This document shows positions 28,745-37,523 of a DNA stretch of 64,000 nucleotides, piece by piece. The position numbers and the translations under genes are program-made. Source of the stretch: a virus; IMG/VR virus record IMGVR_UViG_3300037722_001025, positions 1 through 64,000 of that record; one strand, given 5' to 3'. The notes beneath the pieces were generated by a model. That model was not told where the DNA came from, searched no databases, and saw nothing but the letters and a program-made list of their open reading frames with translations. The stretch's first letter is position 1, and each line of letters begins with the position of its first letter.

Positions 28745-28753
28745 CGCAATCTC

Positions 28754-29023
28754 CTATTTGATTCCTTCGAAGTTTAAACAAGCATCCAGCATAATAATTA
28801 TTTCCTCATTAATGCTGGTGCCATTCTTTTCCGCTGATTGTTTAATTCGATTAACCAATTTGAGATCCTCACTAATATCTACAGTAAGCACATGTTTGAG
28901 GTCTGGATAATAAATGAATCCACACATTTCACAGTAGGATTCATTTATTGTCCGATAAGAGGGGGCAACATAAACTGCCTTAGTGCTCATATTAGCACCA
29001 CATTTCAAACATATATCCATCAT
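28754..29023 (-). CDS. zinc ribbon plus Arc-like ribbon-helix-helix protein
   Basis: CxxC...CxxC then RIKQSAEKNGTSINEEI. Confidence 0.55.
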   Translation of the reverse strand: MMDICLKCGANMSTKAVYVAPSYRTINESYCEMCGFIYYPDLKHVLTVDISEDLKLVNRIKQSAEKNGTSINEEIIIMLDACLNFEGIK

Positions 29024-29239
29024 TCAACTTGGCCCTATTTTTGTTAAGTTCCAAGGTCGGTGTGCGACTCGACCTATTTTAGATTCAGTATCTACGGTTA
29101 CTGGTTCATATCCATCATACCCATAAATACCAACTACAACTCCCTCCATATAATGACGAACTATTTCCCCTTCAATGCATTCTAGATACCATACCCATTT
29201 AACTTTGTCTCCTATAGAAAATCTAAGTTTTGGGGACAT
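29024..29239 (-). CDS. hypothetical protein (SH3/KOW-like)
   Basis: FSIGDKV start; operon tiling. Confidence 0.5.
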   Translation of the reverse strand: MSPKLRFSIGDKVKWVWYLECIEGEIVRHYMEGVVVGIYGYDGYEPVTVDTESKIGRVAHRPWNLTKIGPS

Positions 29240-29677
29240 TTAGTTCTCCATTTTAATTTCTTGGTAACTTTTACCTAACCATCTTTTAACAGTATGCTTG
29301 TGAAAATTATATTTTCCCATCAATTCCTTTAGTGAAGATGAAGCCAATACAACTGCCCTTACTGCTTCTTCAGTCCACGTAACTCCTGCAATTTGTCTAT
29401 CTGGTAATGAAAATATTGGATCTTCTGTAACTTCCCTTTCAGAAAGAAAAGTAGAAAAACTTGGAGTTTTGACACCATTGATTTCGATTACAGCCAAACA
29501 GTTTGCACAGGAGGGTGATTTTATACTTTGGTAAAAAGAGCATTGCTCAGAGGTAATTCTGGCACTGAGGGAACATCTCTTGCGCTCCTTGAGTAAAGTT
29601 GGGCAATGTTCATGGATTGCTTCATAAGCTATTGGATCCATTACTTTATCCCTCCTTAAAAATTTTGGAAATATCAT
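29240..29677 (-). CDS. hypothetical protein, Cys-rich with C-terminal HTH-like segment
   Basis: Operon tiling; SLKELMGKYNFHKHTVKRWL. Confidence 0.5.
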   Translation of the reverse strand: MIFPKFLRRDKVMDPIAYEAIHEHCPTLLKERKRCSLSARITSEQCSFYQSIKSPSCANCLAVIEINGVKTPSFSTFLSEREVTEDPIFSLPDRQIAGVTWTEEAVRAVVLASSSLKELMGKYNFHKHTVKRWLGKSYQEIKMEN

Positions 29678-30277
29678 TTACACTAGCAAATTCACCGTGA
29701 TATTTTAAGGCAGCTTCATTATATACTTTTGCTGCTTCCTCCTTATTTTGAAAAAATCCTAAATTTATTCTTCTTCTTTCAATACTGATGCTAGCACACC
29801 ATTTTCTTCTTTGATTATCCCAAACAACTCCCTTGTAACCAGAAGTATTATTTTTATTAGTTGTTTTATTGTATAAATTTTCAGACCTAGTGCAAAATCT
29901 GAGATTTTTCTTCCTATTATCTAGCCTATTTTTGTTAATGTGGTCAATTTCTAATTTACCAGCTATGGGTGTAAAATCCATTATTAAATTGTGTAATTTA
30001 CCAATTATGTGATTAGATAGATACCCTTGATCAATACACCATTTAAACCCTTACATTGTTCTAAATCCTCTAAATCTATAATACCATAACCTGTTATATT
30101 TCCGTGTATGTCATAACATTCAATATTTATAAAATCCTCTCTGATCAGAAAATTATTAGGATCCCGAATTGTTCTTTCTAATATTTTACCATGGTATTTA
30201 ATTTGGTCATAATGCTTTTGGCAATAACCTTGAGTTCTGCTTTTATTATTGCATTTTTCAACTTTACAAAATTTCAT
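29646..30277 (-). pseudogene. HNH-AP2 homing endonuclease split by a -1 frameshift (pseudogene or programmed frameshift)
   Basis: 30005-30277 and 29646-29981 match the N- and C-halves of 27045-27596; frames join at GGGTTTAAAT (30041-30050). Confidence 0.75.
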
Positions 30278-30280
30278 GGT

Positions 30281-31276
30281 TTAACACTTGACCCCATGAA
30301 CATAGTCACTAAGTTTCAGACTCCCAGATTTCACACCATGAGCATCGATATGATGTGACCACACACATCCTGTACATTCAAATAGAGATTTAACCCCCCA
30401 ATATTCGGAGAATTCCTCAAATCTTTCATGCAATTCATTCAGGTAAAAATTTTTCTCCCCTTTTCTGTCCTGATAATCGTCGCAACAATATACTCGACCA
30501 TCACAATCGACAGTTACCCAGGCAGGGAAGTCTGGCTCTTTTGCACAATGCCAATCATAATTTCGAATCAGTTGGTGATCATTTTCTTTGAGCATGGAGA
30601 GATACTTCTTGCTGGAATGACAAAGGAAACCAGCATTTTTCATTTCCTCAACCTCTTCTAAAACTTCATCAAGAGCTGAAAAATCAGTAGGTCGGAAACT
30701 CAAATCCAAATCAACCGTCCTGACTTTGCTACCAGGTTGGCCCCTATCGTGATGAATGAGATCGAAGAATGTCCAGATGCCCATTTCTGACATCTGGTGA
30801 ATTGTGAATGGTAAACTCATGAAATTATTTCTCGTAAGAGTGACAATTATGGCAACGTCTCTCACCCTACCCAGACGTTGGAAGAATTGGAGACCTCTTA
30901 TTGCTTTGCTTGATTTTAAGGCACTATGCTGGTCAAGAGCAATCATGTCATAACTCATGGTAAGAGATTTTGCACCAGCCTTATGAAGTATCTCCAGCTT
31001 TCGCTTGAAGTCAGCAACAATACCACTTGATATGATGGTAGTGTGGATGCCTTGAGATTCTGTGTACCCTACTACTTCAGGAAGATTCTGAAAATCAGTC
31101 AGACATTCAGCTCCACAGAAGGCGGCGAAACCTGCCCCTAAAGCTTTGAGATTGTCTATCCCAGATTTCCAGAATTCAAGATTCTGGGAATTTCTTCTCC
31201 CATCTGCCATTGCACAATAGGAGCAGTGAACATTACAGGTTCGAGTCCACAGGATTTCAGCCTTAACTATCTGCAT
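30281..31276 (-). CDS. radical SAM protein with SPASM/twitch domain
   Basis: CNVHCSYC; C-terminal C...DGRVYCC...CTGC. Confidence 0.88.
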   Translation of the reverse strand: MQIVKAEILWTRTCNVHCSYCAMADGRRNSQNLEFWKSGIDNLKALGAGFAAFCGAECLTDFQNLPEVVGYTESQGIHTTIISSGIVADFKRKLEILHKAGAKSLTMSYDMIALDQHSALKSSKAIRGLQFFQRLGRVRDVAIIVTLTRNNFMSLPFTIHQMSEMGIWTFFDLIHHDRGQPGSKVRTVDLDLSFRPTDFSALDEVLEEVEEMKNAGFLCHSSKKYLSMLKENDHQLIRNYDWHCAKEPDFPAWVTVDCDGRVYCCDDYQDRKGEKNFYLNELHERFEEFSEYWGVKSLFECTGCVWSHHIDAHGVKSGSLKLSDYVHGVKC

Positions 31277-31294
31277 AATAATTATCCTTTGGAT

Positions 31295-31897
31295 TTAAAG
31301 AGGTTTCATAGAGAGATGAATGAGGGCCATTCCTTCAGCTCTAGTCACTCCATCCTCAAAAGAACCGTATACAGCAGAACTCACCATACCGGAATTATTG
31401 TATTGGCAAATTCCTCTGTTAGCCATACAACCATGAATAGCCCTCATAACTAGCATGGCTCCTCGGGGTTGCATGACTTCAACAAACCTATTAATTACTT
31501 GGTGACAGAGATTTTCTTGTAATTGGGGGCGTGCTGAATAGTGAGCAATTAGTCTTGCAGGCTTAGAAGCACCGACCAATTCTGATCGAACATCAATAAT
31601 ATAGTCGCCGGGAATATATAAGAACCAAGCCTTACCTGAGAAGGGCAAGAAGTGATGAGAACAGACAGAGGAAAAATGAATATTATCCATCATTGTTATT
31701 TGATTGTATTTTTCAGAATTTGGGAATTTGGAGAACGATTCTTCGGGGAATTCTTTGTTGACCGTATTAAACAACTCGTTGCAGTACATTTTGGCTATTC
31801 GTTTAGGTGTGTCAATGAGGTTGGGATCCTCCATATCAAAACCTAATCCTTCAGACATAAGCAAACCAAAATACTTTTCAACTAAAGCTTGATTCAT
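31295..31897 (-). CDS. folE: GTP cyclohydrolase I
   Basis: TPKRIAK, CSHHFLPF, GASK, RPQLQE, HGCM..RG. Confidence 0.95.
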   Translation of the reverse strand: MNQALVEKYFGLLMSEGLGFDMEDPNLIDTPKRIAKMYCNELFNTVNKEFPEESFSKFPNSEKYNQITMMDNIHFSSVCSHHFLPFSGKAWFLYIPGDYIIDVRSELVGASKPARLIAHYSARPQLQENLCHQVINRFVEVMQPRGAMLVMRAIHGCMANRGICQYNNSGMVSSAVYGSFEDGVTRAEGMALIHLSMKPL

Positions 31898-31934
31898 TTA
31901 TTCCTCCAATATATTTAAATTCTCTTCTATTTTG

Positions 31935-31963
31935 ATCATAACACGAAAAATAAAAACCTTGAA
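31935..31963 (-). promoter_or_regulatory. class II (middle) promoter for the folE-dpdA operon
   Basis: TTCAAG-17 nt (ending CGTGT)-TATGAT. Confidence 0.7.
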
Positions 31964-31982
31964 ATTATTTTTTTTCCACAAA

Positions 31983-32014
31983 AAGAGGTCAGAGTTGGTG
32001 TACTCTGACCTCTT
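31983..32014 (-). terminator. intrinsic terminator
   Basis: 13-bp stem AAGAGGTCAGAGT / ACTCTGACCTCTT plus T run on minus strand. Confidence 0.75.
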
Positions 32015-32040
32015 ACATTCATGAGTTGCAAGTTAAATAC

Positions 32041-32703
32041 TTACTCGGCAGGCGCCGGATCAGCAGGGGCCGGGGCAGCAGGGGTTTCTTTCGTTCCGAC
32101 GATACGCTCGACCTCGACAGCCGCTTCACCTTCGCCGACTTTCTCCTTCGTACGGGTGATCTTGACGCCTCTGTTGGCCTCGATAAATTTCACATGATTC
32201 GAAGCCCTGGACTGGGATACACCAGCTTTTTCGACCATCTCAGCGATGGTGGTACCAGCGGCAACCAGTTCGTCCATCGTATTGGACAGGGAGCCTTTGA
32301 CGGAGCCGAAGATGCCTTTTTCAATCGAAGAAGGCTTGCGCTCTTTGGGAGCTTTCGGGGGTTTCGGCTCTTTGACCGGCTTCGGTTCTTTGCCAGGTTT
32401 GGCTGCCTTCGGGGGTTTCGGCTCTTTGGCCGGTTTGGCTCCAGGAGAAACATCAGCTTTCACTTCGGGTTCCGGAGCAGGTGCTTCGTCGCCGAAAAGA
32501 AAATTGTACTGCTCAATCAGATTGGTAGTCAGTTTTCCAGCAGCTTCTTCGCTGAGGGCATCGACAGCACTACCGAAAGACTGGGCAAGAACTTCCTTGC
32601 TGACGCCGATGACTTTCAGTTTTTCTTCAATAAGAGCTAGTTCGTTGAATTCCTTGACAGTTTCTTTTAGTTTGACGAAATCGATTTTGTCGGGGGCTAC
32701 CAT
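32041..32703 (-). CDS. DNA-binding protein: Pro/Lys/Ala-rich linker plus C-terminal winged-helix-like domain
   Basis: KEPKPPKA repeats; TIAEMVEKAGVSQSRASNHVKFI HTH-like segment. Confidence 0.6.
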   Translation of the reverse strand: MVAPDKIDFVKLKETVKEFNELALIEEKLKVIGVSKEVLAQSFGSAVDALSEEAAGKLTTNLIEQYNFLFGDEAPAPEPEVKADVSPGAKPAKEPKPPKAAKPGKEPKPVKEPKPPKAPKERKPSSIEKGIFGSVKGSLSNTMDELVAAGTTIAEMVEKAGVSQSRASNHVKFIEANRGVKITRTKEKVGEGEAAVEVERIVGTKETPAAPAPADPAPAE

Positions 32704-32761
32704 AAAGCACTTCCTTTCTTAGATAGTTGTTGGGGTTAATAGAATACCGACAGAAAAATGA

Positions 32762-33037
32762 TTAATCCTGAACGTATTCTTTCAATTCTTTGGACGCCTT
32801 GAAATACGGTGCATTTTTGGCAGGAATCGTGAGAGCCTCTCCGGTCTGCGGATTTCGACCAGCTCGTTCTTCCCGCTTCTTGATACCGAAGCGACCGAAG
32901 CCGGCGACGTTTACATCTTCTTCTTGGTACATGCGCTCTTTGAGGACTTCAAAAACGGTGTTCACTACCGGGGTGACATCGACTTGAGTCCTGCTGGTAA
33001 GCTCAGCCACCTTTGCAATCAGTTCCGCTTTGTTCAT
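32762..33037 (-). CDS. hup: HU/IHF-family DNA-binding protein
   Basis: MNKAELI...GFGRF...RAGRNPQTGE...PYFKASKELK. Confidence 0.95.
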   Translation of the reverse strand: MNKAELIAKVAELTSRTQVDVTPVVNTVFEVLKERMYQEEDVNVAGFGRFGIKKREERAGRNPQTGEALTIPAKNAPYFKASKELKEYVQD

Positions 33038-33181
33038 GTTGGCTCCTTTGGGGTAAATGCAAGTTTATGTTTCTAACTGCCTACATATTTACTATATCAC
33101 AGAATTGCAGAAAAAAAAGAAAAAAATGCAATAAACGTTGATTTTTTTAAAAGGGTCTAAAATCTCTATGATTTCAGATAC

Positions 33182-33865
33182 TTAGAGGTCCTGATCTTCT
33201 TCCAAGGCAATAATTTTATGCAATTGGATATTTAGGACAACATCTTCCAATCGATATTTATCTATAAGGAGAACTAATTCCTTAGCTGTGATAGTTCCAC
33301 CTTCCATCGGAGAGAAAGCAAACCGAGCTTTGCACCCTAAAACCTGTAATTGTTGTTTATACCATATTGCTCTATCCATATCATAAAGACTTCCAATAAC
33401 AAACTTAAAATAATCTTTATGGGATAAGCACATTTCATGGTAGTGTTTTATAGGTAAGGAGTGTTTTTTCCCTAACTTTATATCCACCACAAAAGTTGCA
33501 AGACCGGCTAACCCGAGAGACGGTGCCCGAAAAGGAACTTCACCACTTGTTTCGATTGATATATAAAAACCTTCAATTGCAAGAGCTCTGATCAACAAAG
33601 TCAACTTTTTCATGTCTTGTTGAAGTGGTTCCCCTCCAGTTATGGTGATGTTCTTATTTCCTAACGCTATCACTCTAACCATGATATCATGAATACTCAT
33701 ATCTGTTCCTGATGCAGGGGAATTGGCGTATTTAGTGTCACAATAAGGACATGCTATGGTACACCCAGCAAATCTGATGAACGTACAAAAACTACCTTGA
33801 TTTCTATGACATACTTCACCATTGATACTGGGAAAAATACTGTAAACCTTCATTATATCTGGCAT
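33182..33865 (-). CDS. queE: 7-carboxy-7-deazaguanine synthase (radical SAM)
   Basis: IFPSINGE, FIRFAGCTIACPYCDT, ITGGEP, IETSG, QLHK. Confidence 0.93.
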   Translation of the reverse strand: MPDIMKVYSIFPSINGEVCHRNQGSFCTFIRFAGCTIACPYCDTKYANSPASGTDMSIHDIMVRVIALGNKNITITGGEPLQQDMKKLTLLIRALAIEGFYISIETSGEVPFRAPSLGLAGLATFVVDIKLGKKHSLPIKHYHEMCLSHKDYFKFVIGSLYDMDRAIWYKQQLQVLGCKARFAFSPMEGGTITAKELVLLIDKYRLEDVVLNIQLHKIIALEEDQDL

Positions 33866-33867
33866 CA

Positions 33868-34242
33868 CTACACCTCCCCATTCCATTCAGCAAAAGAGCC
33901 AGGGGATTCATACAGTCGAACTCTTCGGAGAATAACTTCCGGATAACGTCCATTTAAACCATTTTTAAGATGTTCAGCAATGTTAACCAACATGAGTTCT
34001 GCTGTGGGATTAGAGTAGATTTCATTCAGATACCGATGATCCAACGCATCTATAACCAAAGCATAGACCATCTTTTTGAGGACCATAAAATCTAAAACCA
34101 TTCCAGAATCTTCTTGAACAGGTCCCCAAACTTCTACTTCGAGAGTCCATTGGTGACCATGTAGATTCGCACAATGACCATCATAATTGGGTAATCTGTG
34201 GGCCGCATCAAAGGTGAAAGATTTGCATACTGATAGGTTCAT
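33868..34242 (-). CDS. queD: 6-carboxytetrahydropterin synthase
   Basis: FDAAHRL, CANLHGH, GMVLDF, LDH, PTAE, LYES. Confidence 0.95.
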   Translation of the reverse strand: MNLSVCKSFTFDAAHRLPNYDGHCANLHGHQWTLEVEVWGPVQEDSGMVLDFMVLKKMVYALVIDALDHRYLNEIYSNPTAELMLVNIAEHLKNGLNGRYPEVILRRVRLYESPGSFAEWNGEV

Positions 34243-34253
34243 AATGCCTCCTG

Positions 34254-35777
34254 TTAATGACCTTTGTTAAAGTGAGAATCAAGATGAGTTTGACCAAGAG
34301 CCAGAGATTGAAGTATTGTGCAATTATCACCTTCATGAAATTCTTGGTGACGATGAGCTAATAAGGCAGTTCTAAGAACACCTCTCTTTTTTTCATCTTT
34401 CGTTTGATTTAATGCGGCAAATACATCAACATGGGCTAACTTACCAATCCATTCTGCTAAGTCACTTTGATCCATATCAGCTTTGTATAATGATCCTCTG
34501 TTACCTTGACTTGCAGTAAACCATAACATGTGTCTACGGGCAGCAAGCGCAGCATTTTGCTTCCATAAAGCATCGATTCCAAAACGCTCATCCCCACCTT
34601 TACTTGAATGTTTACAAATATCAACATAGTCGAGAGCACCTACGTCGGGGATGAAGCCCTCCGTTTGCTCCAGTATGTCTAAATCTCTTTCGACATCATC
34701 TAAATCAGCAGAAAATCTAGGATAACACATTATCCTGATATTATCACCACATGTTTTGACAAACGCCTTGACTTTCTTGTGTACATTCTTGGGGGTGAAC
34801 TCAGGTTTCTCAATCGTTTCAAACCAGGTAGACATATCATATTGACCATCTTTTTTATCTTTGCAGTAGCAACAAACTTTATGGTTAATATCAGGTGAAT
34901 AAGCAGGAATTGATTCTTTACTTTCAGCAAGGGCAACACAGGTACCTGTACATGTTTTGAGGCTACAGATACCGAGTTGATTGTTGTAACAGTCAAATAC
35001 AGGTATTGTTGCTTCAGTGGCACCTGTAGGAGCATAGGCGGAGATTCTTTTCAAAATTCTTTCGTCCATTCCTACATCTTGCATCTCTAGAGAAACAAAT
35101 ACAGCCTTTAGTCCCAATACGGCTGCTACAATGACAGCTTCCTGCAACATCCACGTTTTCCCTCTCTTGAATGGAGCAAGGATAGCAACTAGCCAACCTC
35201 TTTGTAGGGGTCCATATAGTTCTCCTAAAGCCCCTGGGAATGTGAATATCCCTTGATTACGTTCATCAAATATGGCATTGACACTTTCAGTTGTAAGAGG
35301 GTTATGCCAGCGAGAAGTAAGTTTCATAACCTTTTTCATCTGGTTTAATTCTTCTTCTGCTTTATCAACTCTCCCTATATCTAGCATTTTTTGAGCAGTA
35401 CTAACCCTAACTTCTATCTCCCTCTTTCTGAAATACAACAAGGCTTGGTCCAGTATGTACTCATCATTTATACCTTGATCTTCGGTGTATTTCTTGCTGA
35501 GATTTAAAAGGAATGTTTCGATGATGTCAAGTTCAGCATCATCAAGGGTTTGTTTTTCAATAGTGAATATATCTTGGATGTGGTGTTTGGGAGCTTCCCC
35601 AAACTTGTCAAAGTAATCAAGCACCCACTTCATAATTACAGAAGCAAAGGTACTAACCATATATTTTCGGTCATATATGGGATATATTTCCTCAATAAAT
35701 TTTGTGGAAATAATCGATGCTGTTAGAATGTTATTTTCAATGGAATTATCCACCGATCTACGAACAATTTTAGCCAT
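34254..35777 (-). CDS. DnaB-like (SF4) replicative helicase with Cys-rich insertion
   Basis: Walker A APFKRGKT, SLEM, LDYVD, TASQGNR, DLAE. Confidence 0.85.
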   Translation of the reverse strand: MAKIVRRSVDNSIENNILTASIISTKFIEEIYPIYDRKYMVSTFASVIMKWVLDYFDKFGEAPKHHIQDIFTIEKQTLDDAELDIIETFLLNLSKKYTEDQGINDEYILDQALLYFRKREIEVRVSTAQKMLDIGRVDKAEEELNQMKKVMKLTSRWHNPLTTESVNAIFDERNQGIFTFPGALGELYGPLQRGWLVAILAPFKRGKTWMLQEAVIVAAVLGLKAVFVSLEMQDVGMDERILKRISAYAPTGATEATIPVFDCYNNQLGICSLKTCTGTCVALAESKESIPAYSPDINHKVCCYCKDKKDGQYDMSTWFETIEKPEFTPKNVHKKVKAFVKTCGDNIRIMCYPRFSADLDDVERDLDILEQTEGFIPDVGALDYVDICKHSSKGGDERFGIDALWKQNAALAARRHMLWFTASQGNRGSLYKADMDQSDLAEWIGKLAHVDVFAALNQTKDEKKRGVLRTALLAHRHQEFHEGDNCTILQSLALGQTHLDSHFNKGH

Positions 35778-35817
35778 TCAAAAATTACTCCTTGACATTG
35801 CAGGGGTTTCTATTTCG

Positions 35818-35846
35818 AGCTTATCATCAAAATAAAAAACCTTTAA
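35818..35846 (-). promoter_or_regulatory. class II (middle) promoter for helicase-queD-queE
   Basis: TTAAAG-17 nt (ending TGA)-TAAGCT. Confidence 0.55.
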
Positions 35847-37216
35847 ATTTTATTTTCCCACTCTTCAGTTAGTTTTACCCATTTGGAATCTAGTTGCCTT
35901 TTCAAGGATTTGAGTTTGTTATTCTCTTCCTCCTTCGTCAAATTTGCATCATAAATCTTTTTAGCTTCGGCTCTATTCCAAAATCTGAGGTTATCAAATT
36001 CTTTCTTTCTTTGCACCTTCATATCCTCTGACATCAGATCAGCAGAAGAAGAATGGTGAGCACCTAACATACCTATCTTTTTCAATTGAATGGGCATTCT
36101 ACTAAGGAAGTGATTTTCAGTGATAAGCCAAGATACTTTAACAATTGACATATCAGTAACATTGGCTAGCAAGGAATCAATCATGTGGCGGGTAAAGAGT
36201 TTGGGATTGTCTCTTTCAAGGGGGCAGGAACTAAAATTAAGTTTATCCTTAATGTTGTTGAAATAATTAACCATTTTACTGGAAGCTTTAATCAGCATAT
36301 TGTGTTCTTGAGGAGTAAACTGACAGTTATTAATTCTTTCTCGGTACTGTTTGGCAAGTTCTTTAGTTACCTCAGGATAAGCATCAAAAGCACATTTGGG
36401 CTGTTTGTCAAATTTACCAGTCAAATATTCCCAGTCATTGCAACATTCTATAAACCAGCTATCTACATCATGGAGTATATCATCCTCAGGCTTTCTGCCT
36501 GCATTAGCAACTACAATTCTTTCATTTATATGTTGGGAAAATTCAAAAAAATCAGGAAGTCCTACAAGATGACCTGGTGCTTTAAAATTCAACAAAGTGT
36601 TAGGATAGTTGATTAACCTATGGTAGTGATACATTGCTTTCTTTATTTCTTCGATATCATACTTATTGGAGTATTTTACAAGGAGTTTTATTGATGTTTT
36701 GAAAACCTTTGTTTCAGGGTTTTCTTGATGCTTTTTTATAGGATTACCTAGACTGTTCCAATAGTTGAACAAGATTTCAACTTGTTTTGAAGGATAGATA
36801 GATTTAACCCGTCTCACAAGAGTTGGTTTGATTTCTTCTTTAAAAGGCACCCTTCTTCTTAATACCAAGGCATCGCACTTGCTTGTCAAGGGCGATTCTC
36901 TTTTGACTATAGAGTCTTTTTCTATAGGCAAAAGGCCTTGTTTTTTATGATTATATAAAAGCTTTTCAAGATCTGCGCGTATAGTACCATTGTCAGAATT
37001 ACTGGACGTTTTGTGAGGATGTGTTGTGTTTTTATAGGGATCGGTTTTATTGGTATTTGAAGGCTTGTCGATTCTGAGGTTGTGGTATTCAAGGTATTCC
37101 ATGACTTCCTGAGAAATAATTTCTCTGGTAGCCTGAATTTTTGTAATGGGTTGAAGTTCTTTTGTTATAGCATTTACTAATCCTGCGATTTGATAGTCTT
37201 TCAAACCATTAATCAT
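35843..37216 (-). CDS. hypothetical protein, possible replication initiator or helicase loader
   Basis: Lies between primase and helicase; LFNYWN motif recalls phage replication proteins; SD AAGGAG. Confidence 0.45.
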   Translation of the reverse strand: MINGLKDYQIAGLVNAITKELQPITKIQATREIISQEVMEYLEYHNLRIDKPSNTNKTDPYKNTTHPHKTSSNSDNGTIRADLEKLLYNHKKQGLLPIEKDSIVKRESPLTSKCDALVLRRRVPFKEEIKPTLVRRVKSIYPSKQVEILFNYWNSLGNPIKKHQENPETKVFKTSIKLLVKYSNKYDIEEIKKAMYHYHRLINYPNTLLNFKAPGHLVGLPDFFEFSQHINERIVVANAGRKPEDDILHDVDSWFIECCNDWEYLTGKFDKQPKCAFDAYPEVTKELAKQYRERINNCQFTPQEHNMLIKASSKMVNYFNNIKDKLNFSSCPLERDNPKLFTRHMIDSLLANVTDMSIVKVSWLITENHFLSRMPIQLKKIGMLGAHHSSSADLMSEDMKVQRKKEFDNLRFWNRAEAKKIYDANLTKEEENNKLKSLKRQLDSKWVKLTEEWENKI

Positions 37217-37241
37217 AAACTCTCCTTAGGAAATAAAATAC

Positions 37242-37384
37242 CCTTTGGTATGAGGACAATAGGGAATTTAGGATCAGCTGGTGATGAGTCAGCCTACAGG
37301 AAACCTATTGTCGCTCATATCAAAAGGCATTTTTATTATGCCTAAATTTTTAATCCTGTAGTGGTAGAAACATCAGGTCATCAC
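37242..37384 (-). ncRNA. C4/CI-like antisense RNA element
   Basis: Long hairpin 37242-37327 whose three unpaired segments are complementary to 37341-48, 37354-61 and 37378-84. Confidence 0.6.
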
Positions 37385-37523
37385 TCCCGATAAAGTTGTA
37401 TCTTTTCATGGTTAAAATAGTAATGTCAAGTAAAATATTTTTACCCTAATTTAATCATTGCCTAAGAAGTTAATCCGTATCACACCACATGATGACGAGA
37501 ACTATTTCTCGTGGCTTCTCCTC

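Noticed and set aside
37275-37305. Hammerhead ribozyme (TGATGAG...GAAAC)
   Set aside because: The core reads GGTGATGA rather than CTGATGA and stem II does not close correctly. Loop-target complementarity fits a C4-like element better.
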